Assembly (NCBI GenBank): GCA_963782255.1
Contig: CAWAIS010000002.1
Span: forward strand, 998,557-1,062,556
Direction of reading: 5' to 3'
DNA from: an uncultured Alphaproteobacteria bacterium
GTDB taxonomy: Bacteria > Pseudomonadota > Alphaproteobacteria > Rhizobiales > Beijerinckiaceae
Length of the DNA: 64,000 bases
Shown: positions 30,935 to 38,719 of the stretch, one piece after another
How the letters are laid out: each line of letters starts with the position of its first letter
How positions within the stretch are numbered: the stretch's first letter is position 1
Made by a program: the position numbers and the translations under genes
Notes under the pieces: model-generated
The model's database searches: none
What the model was told of the DNA's origin: nothing
The model's input: only the letters and a program-made list of their open reading frames with translations

Positions 30935-31612
30935 ATGAAAGCAGAGGCGCGAGCCGCGGGCCCCGGGCCCGGCAACGTCAAGGCGACACGGGACGACTGG
31001 GTCGATCTTGCCCTCAGCGTGCTGACCCGCGAGGGCGTCGCCGGAGTGGCAGTCCTCCCGCTCAGCGAACGGCTCGGCGTCTCGCGGTCGAGCTTCTACT
31101 GGTATTTCAAGAATCGCGACCACCTGCTCGCAGAGCTCTTGAAGCGCTGGGAAAGCCTCAACACGAAGTCGATCGTGCGTCAGAGCGAGGCGCCTGCGGC
31201 GACGATCAACGAGGCGGTCTGCAATGTCTTTCGCTGCTGGGTCGATCCGCAGCTGTTCAGCCCCCGCCTCGACTTCGCGGTCAGAGAATGGGCGCGCCGT
31301 TCGGAGGCCGTGCGCAGGGAGCTCGACTGGTCGGACGCCGAACGCACCGAAGCGATCCGCGCGATGTTCGTCCGGTTTGGATACGCCGGAAAGGACGCCT
31401 TGGTCCGCGCGCGCGTCCTCTATTACATGCAGATCGGCTACTACGCGCTCGATATTCGTGAGCCGATGGAGGCGCGATTGGCTCTCACTCCTCATTACCT
31501 CGAGTGCTTTACCGGCGCCCCGGCGCGCGAGGAGGAGATCGCGTCGTTTCGCGCCTATGCGATGCGTCACGCCGAGCCCGCGGATTTCGCAACGTCGGCG
31601 AGCGCCCCATGA
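30935..31612 (+). CDS. TetR-family transcriptional regulator
   Basis: HTH VAVLPLSERLGVSRSSFYWYFKNRDHLLAELL. Its stop overlaps the soxB start (ATGA at 31609-31612). Confidence 0.85.
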   Translation: MKAEARAAGPGPGNVKATRDDWVDLALSVLTREGVAGVAVLPLSERLGVSRSSFYWYFKNRDHLLAELLKRWESLNTKSIVRQSEAPAATINEAVCNVFRCWVDPQLFSPRLDFAVREWARRSEAVRRELDWSDAERTEAIRAMFVRFGYAGKDALVRARVLYYMQIGYYALDIREPMEARLALTPHYLECFTGAPAREEEIASFRAYAMRHAEPADFATSASAP

Positions 31613-32862
31613 GCGCTCGCTACTCCGCTTTCACGCTTCTGCGCGAGGGGCTCGGCGGCCATAGAGGCTGGCCGCAGGCCTGGCGCAAGGCGAAGGCGAA
31701 GCCGGCCTACGATTTTGTAGTGGTTGGCGGCGGCGGCCATGGTCTCGCGACCGCTTATTATCTCGCGAAGAACCATGGTCGCACTCGGGTTTGCGTCCTT
31801 GAAAAGGGATGGCTCGGCGGGGGCAACACCGGGCGCAACACGACGATCGTGCGCTCCAACTATTTCTATCCCGAATCCGTCGCCCTCTACGACCTCGCGC
31901 TGAAACTCTACGAGGGTCTTTCGCGCGATCTCAATTTCAACGTGATGCTGAGCCAGCGCGGCATTCTCAACATTTCCCACACGCCGGCGCAGCTCGAAAT
32001 CGCGGCGCGTCTGACCAACGCCATGCAGCTCAACGGGGTCGACGCGGAGTTCTGGGGTCCCGATCATATCCGCAAGCGCCTGCCCATGATGTCTCAGTCG
32101 CTTGACTCGCGCTATCTGCCGAACGGCGGCGTGTGGCAGCGGCGCGGCGGCACGGCGCGGCATGACGCGGTCGCGTGGGGCTATGCCCGCGCCGCCGATG
32201 CGCTCGGCGTCGACATCATCGAGAATTGCGAAGTCGCCGGCTTTGTCATGCAGAACGGGGCGTGTGTCGGCGTCGAGACGACGCAAGGCGAAATCCGCGC
32301 CGAAAGCGTCGGCGTCGCCGTCGCCGGCCATTCCTCTCAGTTGATGGCGAAGGCCGGTGTCAGGCTGCCGATCCATTCCTACGCCCTGCAAGCGATGGTC
32401 AGCGAGCCGGTCAAGCCGTGCCTCGACATTGTCCTCCTGCAACTGGGAACCGGCGTCTATGCGAGCCAGTCCGACAAGGGCGAGATCGTGTTCGGCGGCG
32501 GGCTCGACCGCATTCCCTCCTACGGCCAGCGCGGCAACCCGCCGGTGCAGGAAATCGTCGTCTCCGGCCTCCTCGAGATGTTCCCCGCGTTCGGTCAGCT
32601 CAAGCTGATGCGGCAATGGGGCGGCATCGTCGACGTCGTCCCGGACTCGTCGCCCATCATCGGACCCGCGCCGGTTAAGGGCATATTCCTCAACTGCGGC
32701 TGGGGAACCGGCGGCTTCAAGGCGATCCCCGCGGGAGGGATGCTGCTCGCGCATCTGATGGCGACCGGTTCGCATCATCCGGTCAGCCGCCCGTTCGGCC
32801 TCGACCGCTTCGCCGCGGGCCGCCTCATCGACGAGGCCGCCGGCTCAGGCATCGCGCATTAG
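31609..32862 (+). CDS. soxB: Sarcosine oxidase subunit beta (heterotetrameric type)
   Basis: ATG at 31609. MSARYSAFTLLREGLGGHRGWPQAWRKAKAKPAYDFVVVGGGGHGLATAYYLAKNHG is the typical SoxB N-terminus. No soxD, soxA or soxG follows. Confidence 0.88.
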   Translation: MSARYSAFTLLREGLGGHRGWPQAWRKAKAKPAYDFVVVGGGGHGLATAYYLAKNHGRTRVCVLEKGWLGGGNTGRNTTIVRSNYFYPESVALYDLALKLYEGLSRDLNFNVMLSQRGILNISHTPAQLEIAARLTNAMQLNGVDAEFWGPDHIRKRLPMMSQSLDSRYLPNGGVWQRRGGTARHDAVAWGYARAADALGVDIIENCEVAGFVMQNGACVGVETTQGEIRAESVGVAVAGHSSQLMAKAGVRLPIHSYALQAMVSEPVKPCLDIVLLQLGTGVYASQSDKGEIVFGGGLDRIPSYGQRGNPPVQEIVVSGLLEMFPAFGQLKLMRQWGGIVDVVPDSSPIIGPAPVKGIFLNCGWGTGGFKAIPAGGMLLAHLMATGSHHPVSRPFGLDRFAAGRLIDEAAGSGIAH

Positions 32863-32916
32863 AAGGCGGGGGTTGCCTCGGGAGCGTCGCAGGCAGGGAA
32901 TTGCGGCTTTTTCTTG

Positions 32917-33000
32917 TCCTTGGATTTGCTTGGTTTCTGTAGGAAACAAGCCGGAAACGGCCCGAAACCGGCCTTGGATTTCCTTGGATTTCCTTGGATT
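32917..33000. repeat. Tandem and dispersed decamer repeat KCCTTGGATT
   Basis: Three perfect tandem copies lie at 32971-33000 (gccttggatt tccttggatt tccttggatt). Degenerate copies tccttggattt and gcttggttt lie at 32917-32936. CCGGAAAC/CCGAAAC motifs sit in between. Confidence 0.85.
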
Positions 33001-33486
33001 CTCTCGTCCGAAACGAGCCTTTTCAACGGGTTATGGGGAAATTTCGTGAAAAAAAATTTCTGGTCCCCGGCCGACCCGTCAGCGTCCTCGGCGCCACAAT
33101 GTCGCCCGAAAAGTTAATCGGCCATGCCTTCATCCAATTCCCTCACCCACGACGTTCTCGAAAAGCGAAGCAGTAGCAGAAATTTTCTAAAATGTAAAAC
33201 CCATGACCGAATTGGCGCCCGCCAGCCCGCGCGCTGTCCTTCAATGACCAGCCATAAGCTCTGAGGGCTGGGCTTTGTGTCGAGCGAGTCGGGCCCAAAA
33301 AATATTTCGCGAGGAACATCGTCGTTAAGTGATAAGGCGCTGGCCATGTCCGCCAACCCAATAATTCAAGCTGACATTGTATAACATCCCTCGCTTCCTT
33401 GGCCAGCGCGACCGCTTCGACCGGAATTGCTGATCACTGGACCATAGTAGCGTAGCTTTTGTTAATCCGAAAGGAAATGCTCAAAA

Positions 33487-34502
33487 ATTGGTATCCCCTT
33501 CACTGCCCCTGAGGGACGTGGTACGCCTGTCTGGTGGACACCACTCGACACCCGGTCGCTGGACTTGATTACCCGCGCACGTTTCAGGCGATGGACGAAC
33601 GCTTCCGTGACGACGCGGCCTGCCGCGAGTACATCCGTCGTTTGCGCTGGCCTCAGGGATTCACCTGCCCCCATTGCGGAGAGGCGGGGGAGCCATGGGT
33701 GATGGCAGGGGGATGGCTGCGGTGTCGGGCCTGCCGCAAACAGACATCGCTGACCGCCGGGACGATCTTCGAGGGTGCCCGTAAGCCGTTGCGGATGTGG
33801 TTTCTGGCGATGTGGTTCGTCACCAGCCAGAAGAATGGGGTCAGTGCGCTCGGCCTCCAGAGGGAATTGGGGCTTGGCAGCTACGAAACTGCCTGGACCT
33901 GGCTGCACAAACTGCGCCGCGCCATGGTCCGGCCGGGCCGGGACCTGCTGTCGGGTGCGATCGAGGTTGATGAAACCTATGTTGGTGGCCCGGAACAGGG
34001 TACGCGAGGCCGAGAAACCGAGAGCAAGGCCATCGTCGCCATAGCAGTCGAGAAGAACGGCCGGGGGCTTGGCCGCATCCGCCTTCAGCAGATCGGAGAT
34101 GTCTCGACAGACAGCCTGCTTCCCTTCGTCCAAGGCGCTGTGAAGCGCGGGGCGATGGTTCACACCGACGGCTGGAGGGGTTACCAGCATCAGGTCACGG
34201 TCCTCAGCGGCGGCTCCGACCCGGCGCACGAAGTCATGCCGCGCGTCCACCTCGTCGCCTCGCTGCTCAAGCGATGGCTGATCGGTACTCACCAAGGTGT
34301 CGTCCAGCATCAACATCTCGACTACTACCTCGACGAATTCACCTTCCGCTTCAATCGCCGCAGATCAAAGGCCCGCGGGCTGCTCTTTCATCGCCTCGCC
34401 CAACAAGCCCTCGCCGTTGGACCCGCGCCCTACAACGCCATCGTCAAGCCACCGGGTTCCAGCGACTTCCCCGGACACGGGGCAATGAAGGGGATACCCA
34501 AT
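33487..34502 (+). mobile_element. IS1595-family (ISXO2-like) insertion sequence, apparently intact
   Basis: Terminal inverted repeats ATTGGTATCCCCTTCACTGCCCC (33487-33509) and ATTGGGTATCCCCTTCATTGCCCC (reverse complement of 34479-34502). The element is flanked by identical TGCTCAAAA at 33478-33486 and 34503-34511. Confidence 0.8.
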
Positions 34503-34532
34503 TGCTCAAAATTCGCTCCCTGGCTAATTTGA
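33534..34532 (+). CDS. IS1595-family transposase (N-terminal zinc ribbon + ISXO2-like DDE domain)
   Basis: GTG start. CPHCG...CRACRKQTSLTAGTIFEGARKPLRMWFLAMWFV...IEVDETYVGG...VHTDGWRGY. The reading frame runs through the right IR into the flank before the stop. Confidence 0.85.
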   Translation: MDTTRHPVAGLDYPRTFQAMDERFRDDAACREYIRRLRWPQGFTCPHCGEAGEPWVMAGGWLRCRACRKQTSLTAGTIFEGARKPLRMWFLAMWFVTSQKNGVSALGLQRELGLGSYETAWTWLHKLRRAMVRPGRDLLSGAIEVDETYVGGPEQGTRGRETESKAIVAIAVEKNGRGLGRIRLQQIGDVSTDSLLPFVQGAVKRGAMVHTDGWRGYQHQVTVLSGGSDPAHEVMPRVHLVASLLKRWLIGTHQGVVQHQHLDYYLDEFTFRFNRRRSKARGLLFHRLAQQALAVGPAPYNAIVKPPGSSDFPGHGAMKGIPNCSKFAPWLI

Positions 34533-34620
34533 TCCGATTTCAACCCAAAGCGCGATGCTCTGGCGGTTGGTGACCAGGAGCGCCGTCGCCGGCGCTCCGC
34601 ATCGTGGGTTCGTGCAAGCG

Positions 34621-35097
34621 CTATTTGTAATAGCCGACGCCGCAGCCCAGATCGCCGACCCTGGTTACGAGGCTAACCTTCGGAACCGGCGTCTTGTCAG
34701 CGCCCGGCCTTGGAAACATGTAGCTGACCTCGGTTATTTCACCTTCCGGCTTCTGGTACGCGGCGTAGAGTTCGGCGCCAAAAGGTTTGCCGGTGGCGTC
34801 CTTGAGGGTCCTCCCGTCTACGCCGATCAATTGCTTGGCATTGGGGTTGCCGACGGCGACGGTCTTCCCGTCGCTAACATTTGCGCAAAAAACATAGAGG
34901 TCCCTATCTAGGAATCCACCTTCTCCTTTGTTGAACATATCGAGCGCTTTGGTCTTATCTTCTTTCACAGCGGCAACCGCCTTCATCAGCATTGCTTTGG
35001 CTTCGGCCGCAGTGCCGCTTGTCTGTTGTGCGAAAGCAGTGGCCGAGAGCATAAACACTGTGGCCGATACAGCGGCGATCGTGAGAGTGCGAAACAT
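34621..35097 (-). CDS. Secreted single-Cache-domain protein
   Basis: ATG at 35097 preceded by AAGGAGG, with signal peptide MFRTLTIAAVSATVFMLSATAFA. AKAMLMKAVAAVKEDKTKALDMFNKGEGGFLDRDLYVFC is typical of small periplasmic Cache proteins. Confidence 0.7.
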   Translation of the reverse strand: MFRTLTIAAVSATVFMLSATAFAQQTSGTAAEAKAMLMKAVAAVKEDKTKALDMFNKGEGGFLDRDLYVFCANVSDGKTVAVGNPNAKQLIGVDGRTLKDATGKPFGAELYAAYQKPEGEITEVSYMFPRPGADKTPVPKVSLVTRVGDLGCGVGYYK

Positions 35098-35364
35098 TGC
35101 TTTCCTCCTTGTCGACAATAGCGCGGCGCGGAAACCTCAGACCCCGGTTGATTCCGGAATGCTCGCGCGCCTGGCGCCAACTGAACCGAGATTCTCCAGA
35201 TGGGAGCCCTCAGTCAGGCCGAGATTGCCGCTGCTGCCGACGTTTTACAAGCCGGAAACGTCAACGACGGCTGCCGGCCGCACATCAATCTCGCGCCAAC
35301 GGGCCGTTGTCTGCGACCCGCCGGCCCCTAAATTGAAACTCAAGTCACCCCGGAGCTTCGTTCC

Positions 35365-35571
35365 ATGCCCTATGCGGTCAACGCCGACCTGCCGCCTTCG
35401 GTGCGCTCGCACCTGCCCGAGCACGCCCAGGACATTTTCCGCGAGGCCTTCAACCACGCCTATGCCGCCCACGCGCACGATCCGCGCCAGGAGGAGTCGG
35501 CCTTCCGCATCGCCTGGGCCGCGGTGAAGCGGGCTTACGAAAAGATCGGCGACGAATGGGTGGAGAAGTAG
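35365..35571 (+). CDS. ChaB-family protein
   Basis: 68 aa. LPPSVRSHLPEHAQDIFREAFNHAY...ESAFRIAWAAVKRAYEK is the ChaB signature. Confidence 0.8.
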   Translation: MPYAVNADLPPSVRSHLPEHAQDIFREAFNHAYAAHAHDPRQEESAFRIAWAAVKRAYEKIGDEWVEK

Positions 35572-35573
35572 GC

Positions 35574-35589
35574 GCCACGGGGCGCCTTC
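35574..35589 (+). terminator. Hairpin after the ChaB gene
   Basis: GGCGCC-acgg-GGCGCC followed by TTCCCTT. Confidence 0.4.
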
Positions 35590-35704
35590 CCTTGCGACTG
35601 GGCGACGCCCCTGGCGGCGCGGCGCCAGTCCCGCCGCCCCGCAGCAGCGCTTCGCAGCCGAATCAAATCGCGCCGCTAGACTACATGTTCGCCTGAGATA
35701 GGGC

Positions 35705-35784
35705 GACCCGTCTCACAGTATGCAGGCTTGTCGAGGGTTGCGCCGGGCTTTCCGGCGCCGAGCCTCATGCATAGGAGACGGGTC
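35705..35784 (+). promoter_or_regulatory. Structured leader of the IS110-family transposase gene (RBS-sequestering long hairpin)
   Basis: A perfect 10-nt inverted repeat GACCCGTCTC (35705-35714) / GAGACGGGTC (35775-35784) encloses an inner hairpin GCGCCGG-gcttt-CCGGCGC (35740-35758). The 3' arm covers the GGAG (35774-35777) that serves the TTG start at 35785. Confidence 0.5.
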
Positions 35785-36894
35785 TTGGACGAATTTATCA
35801 CATACGTGGGCCTTGACGTGCACAAGGATACGATCGCGGTGGCGCTTGCGGAGGCGGGCGCACACAAGGACGTGCGCGAGTATGGCAAGATCGCGAACAC
35901 AGCGACGGCCTTGAACGCTCTGGCGGCGAAGCTGTCGCGCGCTGGAAGCGAGCTACGGTTCTGTTATGAGGCCGGCCCTTGCGGCTATGGCATTCAACGG
36001 CAGTTGACCCTGGCTGGGCATGGTTGCGTTGTCGTTGCTCCGTCGTTGATCCCACGCAAGCCGGGAGATCGGATCAAGACCGACCGGCGGGATGCGATCA
36101 ACCTGGCCAAGCTGCATCGCGCCGGTGAACTGACCGCTGTGTGGATTCCTGATCAGGCTCATGAGGCGATCCGCGATCTTGTGCGCGCGCGTCTTGCGGC
36201 CGTGCGCAGTCTGCGCCAGGCCCGTCAGCAGCTCTCTGGCTTTCTCCTGCGTCATGGCCGTCACTACAATCGGCCGGCGTGGACGTTGATGCATCGTCGC
36301 TGGATGGCCGGACTGAGATTCGAGCAAGCGGCGCATCACATCGTGCTGGAAGACTGCATCGCCGCCGTCGAGGCGGCGACGGCGCGGCGAGATCGTCTGG
36401 AAGCGCATATCGAGGCAGCGCTGCCGGATTGGTCGCTGGCCCCGGTGGTGCGCGCCCTGCAAGCGCTGCGCGGGATGGCTCTGGTCGCGGCGGCGACGGT
36501 GATCGCCGAACTCGGCGACATCACCCGCTTCGCCAATCCCCGTCAACTCATGGCGTATCTCGGTCTGGTTCCGTCCGAGCGCTCCAGCGGCGCCACACGA
36601 CGCCAAGGCGGCATCACGAAAGCCGGGAATGGCGCGGCCCGGCGAATGCTGATCGAGGCGGCCTGGAGTTATCGGTTCCCGGCGCGCATCAGCCGGGAGC
36701 AGCTGTTGCGCCAGGAGGGTCTGGCAAAGCCGATCCGCGACACCGCGTGGAAGGCCCAAGAAAGGCTGTGTCGGCGCTATCGCAAGCTTGCCCGGGCAGG
36801 AAAATCACCCACTGTGGTCACGACCGCGATCGCTCGAGAACTGGCGGGCTTTGCCTGGGCGATCGCCAAGCACGTTCAGATCGCCGGCGCTTGA
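35785..36894 (+). CDS. IS110-family transposase (DEDD N-terminal domain + Transposase_20)
   Basis: The preferred start is TTG at 35785 (MDEFITYVGLDVHKDTIAV, 6 nt after GGAGA); an in-frame ATG at 35767 is also possible. YEAGPCGYG, DRRDA, LVPSERSSG and GNGAARRMLIEAAW are family motifs. Confidence 0.85.
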   Translation: MDEFITYVGLDVHKDTIAVALAEAGAHKDVREYGKIANTATALNALAAKLSRAGSELRFCYEAGPCGYGIQRQLTLAGHGCVVVAPSLIPRKPGDRIKTDRRDAINLAKLHRAGELTAVWIPDQAHEAIRDLVRARLAAVRSLRQARQQLSGFLLRHGRHYNRPAWTLMHRRWMAGLRFEQAAHHIVLEDCIAAVEAATARRDRLEAHIEAALPDWSLAPVVRALQALRGMALVAAATVIAELGDITRFANPRQLMAYLGLVPSERSSGATRRQGGITKAGNGAARRMLIEAAWSYRFPARISREQLLRQEGLAKPIRDTAWKAQERLCRRYRKLARAGKSPTVVTTAIARELAGFAWAIAKHVQIAGA

Positions 36895-37435
36895 TGCGCT
36901 GAGATCGACAGCGGACCTCACGAAAAGGAGGTCATCGCCGACAACGCATCTATCCAAAGCTGAGCAAGGCTGGAGGCACGGTCACGGCCAGGAGAACCCT
37001 CGCGTCCACTATCAGCCGGATATTTTCCGACGCTGGCCGCTAGACAGAGGAAGCTCCGCGACGCATCACCGGTCCGGCGGTATCCAACCCGCGCATCAGA
37101 GCATGATCAACCGTCGTTTTGATGATCGTGCCTCCTGCCCTGCTCAGTGGCGGCCATTCTGAACCGCTCGCGCGCGAGCTACGCTTTCTTGTGCCTGCTA
37201 CTTGAAACGGCGAACATGAGAGTGGTCAAAGTCCCACACTTGACGCCCGAACCGGAATGTCGCGAAAGGGCGGAGAGCAGACGTTCGAAGTCGGGCCAAT
37301 CCTAGCGCTCATCATTTCATGCAATGCCGAATTGTCGAGGAGCAGGTTCCAGAGAACCAGACCGAGATTACTGCCGAACGCGATACCGCGTGGCGATCTG
37401 TCAGCTTTCGGGCCTCGACAGCCCATGGTTATTGT

Positions 37436-38476
37436 ATGGCACCTGAACGGGCGGCCGTGCTAGCGAACGCAATGGAAACCTCTGATCCGCAAAACGAGAA
37501 TGTTAAGCCACTCGAAAACCTTTTATCGCGAGAGAACGTAGTAAAATGTCCACACTTCATGGCGGTGCTGGGTTATATTGGCAAAACATACGGCGTTCCG
37601 AAATTCGGCTATGCTCGGCGAGCGTTGCTCTACCATTATACAGACGCCGCGGGCCTATTAGGGATCATTTCGAGCAACCGCCTTTGGGCTACGGATGCGA
37701 GCTTCCTGAATGACCCTTCTGAAGGTCTGCTTTTTCCGGAGCGCATAATCGATTTCATGCGGCAGAAGCTCTGTGGCTTAAGGTCCCCAGAAGAGAAAAT
37801 AATCATTCAAGTTGAGGAGGGATTGAGGAAGCAATCGAAGCCTGTTAACGCTTTTACTATAAGCTTCTGCGACGACGGCGATCTCCTGAGTCAGTGGCGT
37901 GGCTACGGCTCAATTGGATCTGGCTACGCCATTGGATTTGACCAAAAAATCCTTGCTCTCGTTCAACTTGGGCATCTAGTCGAAGTACGGTACGATTTCG
38001 AGGGCATTCAAGAGATGGCGCTCGACCTTCTGTCAATTTTCGTCGAGGCGGCCCCTAACTGGTGTCCCACTATATTAGAACGATTTTGCGAGGAGGCGGC
38101 TCTAGCGATCCGCTACTTAAGCTTGGGGTTCAAGAGCGCCGGCTACAGGGAAGAACGTGAAACCCAAATCCTGACGCATACGAACGACAAGGCCGGGCAC
38201 CCCTTCGAGGTTATGGCACCATTGAAGTTCCGTGTGCGCGGCGCAGACATTGTGCCCTATGTCAGCCTAGCGCCAAACGTTCTGCCCGGAAGCGACGGGT
38301 CTCCGCCTCGACTACCGAAGAGTGACGAGCATCCGCCTCGGCTGCCAATTCGACAGATTGTGACCGGTCCCGGCGTCGACTATCTCAGAAACAAGTCTTC
38401 TTTAGAGCGCCTGCTCGCCGCACACGGCTATGACGGCGTGGAAATCGTCCAGTCCTTGATTCCCTTGAGATCATAA
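37436..38476 (+). CDS. DUF2971-like protein (uncharacterised family), full length
   Basis: LLYHYTDAAGLLGIISSNRLWATDASFLNDPSEG...FTISFCDDGDLLSQWRGYGS...GYAIGF...FKSAGYREERETQIL...IVQSLIPLRS match DUF2971 hallmark motifs as I recall them. The start is ATG 37436 or ATG 37472. The region is AT-richer than its surroundings. Confidence 0.75.
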   Translation: MAPERAAVLANAMETSDPQNENVKPLENLLSRENVVKCPHFMAVLGYIGKTYGVPKFGYARRALLYHYTDAAGLLGIISSNRLWATDASFLNDPSEGLLFPERIIDFMRQKLCGLRSPEEKIIIQVEEGLRKQSKPVNAFTISFCDDGDLLSQWRGYGSIGSGYAIGFDQKILALVQLGHLVEVRYDFEGIQEMALDLLSIFVEAAPNWCPTILERFCEEAALAIRYLSLGFKSAGYREERETQILTHTNDKAGHPFEVMAPLKFRVRGADIVPYVSLAPNVLPGSDGSPPRLPKSDEHPPRLPIRQIVTGPGVDYLRNKSSLERLLAAHGYDGVEIVQSLIPLRS

Positions 38477-38544
38477 TCTCAATTGTTGTGAAGCAAATTC
38501 GCCAATTGCCAGACTATTCCAGGGCCAAATTGAACGTCCCCTTC

Positions 38545-38559
38545 GGGTCGATTCCGGCC
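38545..38559. repeat. Left copy of a direct repeat GGGTCGATTCCGGCC
   Basis: A 15-nt exact match to 39621-39635, with similar flanks (ttc/ttt before, GTC after). Confidence 0.8.
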
Positions 38560-38719
38560 AGTCGGAAGCGGGCTGAAGATTTAGCCGTGCTTCCAGTCCG
38601 GCCGATGCTGTCACCGCACGGTCGGGAAGGTCTCTAATGGGCGGAGAGCGGACCTTCAGTGCTCGGTGCTTGGTGCGGTGCTAGACTTTGTATTTGGAAC
38701 ATCGGGTAGGGAATCCGGC

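Larger units (their letters stand above)
35705..37339 (+). mobile_element. IS110-family element, ends not resolved
   Basis: A transposase gene with non-coding flanks: up to 213 nt upstream (after the ChaB stop) and about 440 nt downstream. IS110 elements lack classical IRs. The limits given are tentative (see findings). Confidence 0.3.

Noticed and set aside
32917-33000. The decamer repeats as a CRISPR array.
   Set aside because: The units are 10 nt and directly tandem without spacers, and there are no cas genes. This is not a CRISPR architecture.
34621-35571. The Cache/ChaB pair as cargo of a composite transposon.
   Set aside because: The flanking IS elements belong to different families (IS1595 and IS110) and the IS1595 has its own target duplication. 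A composite structure is not supported.
37319-37435. An upstream extension of the DUF2971 ORF (MQCRIVEEQVPENQ...).
   Set aside because: The extension covers the putative IS110 right junction and is not family-like. Internal ATGs at 37436 or 37472 give a normal-length protein.
38302-38349. An imperfect 18-nt direct repeat inside the DUF2971 gene (TCCGCCTCGACTACCGAA / TCCGCCTCGGCTGCCAAT, encoding SPPRLP / HPPRLP).
   Set aside because: It is a short in-frame duplication in a predicted linker, probably a trivial slippage product. There is no evidence of a functional element.
38545-38559. GGGTCGATTCC as the T-arm of a tRNA fragment (a tRNA-derived att site); the same applies to 39621-39635.
   Set aside because: It lacks the canonical GTTCRANYC T-loop (GTC instead of TTC). 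No acceptor-stem or cloverleaf partner sequences could be found on either side.
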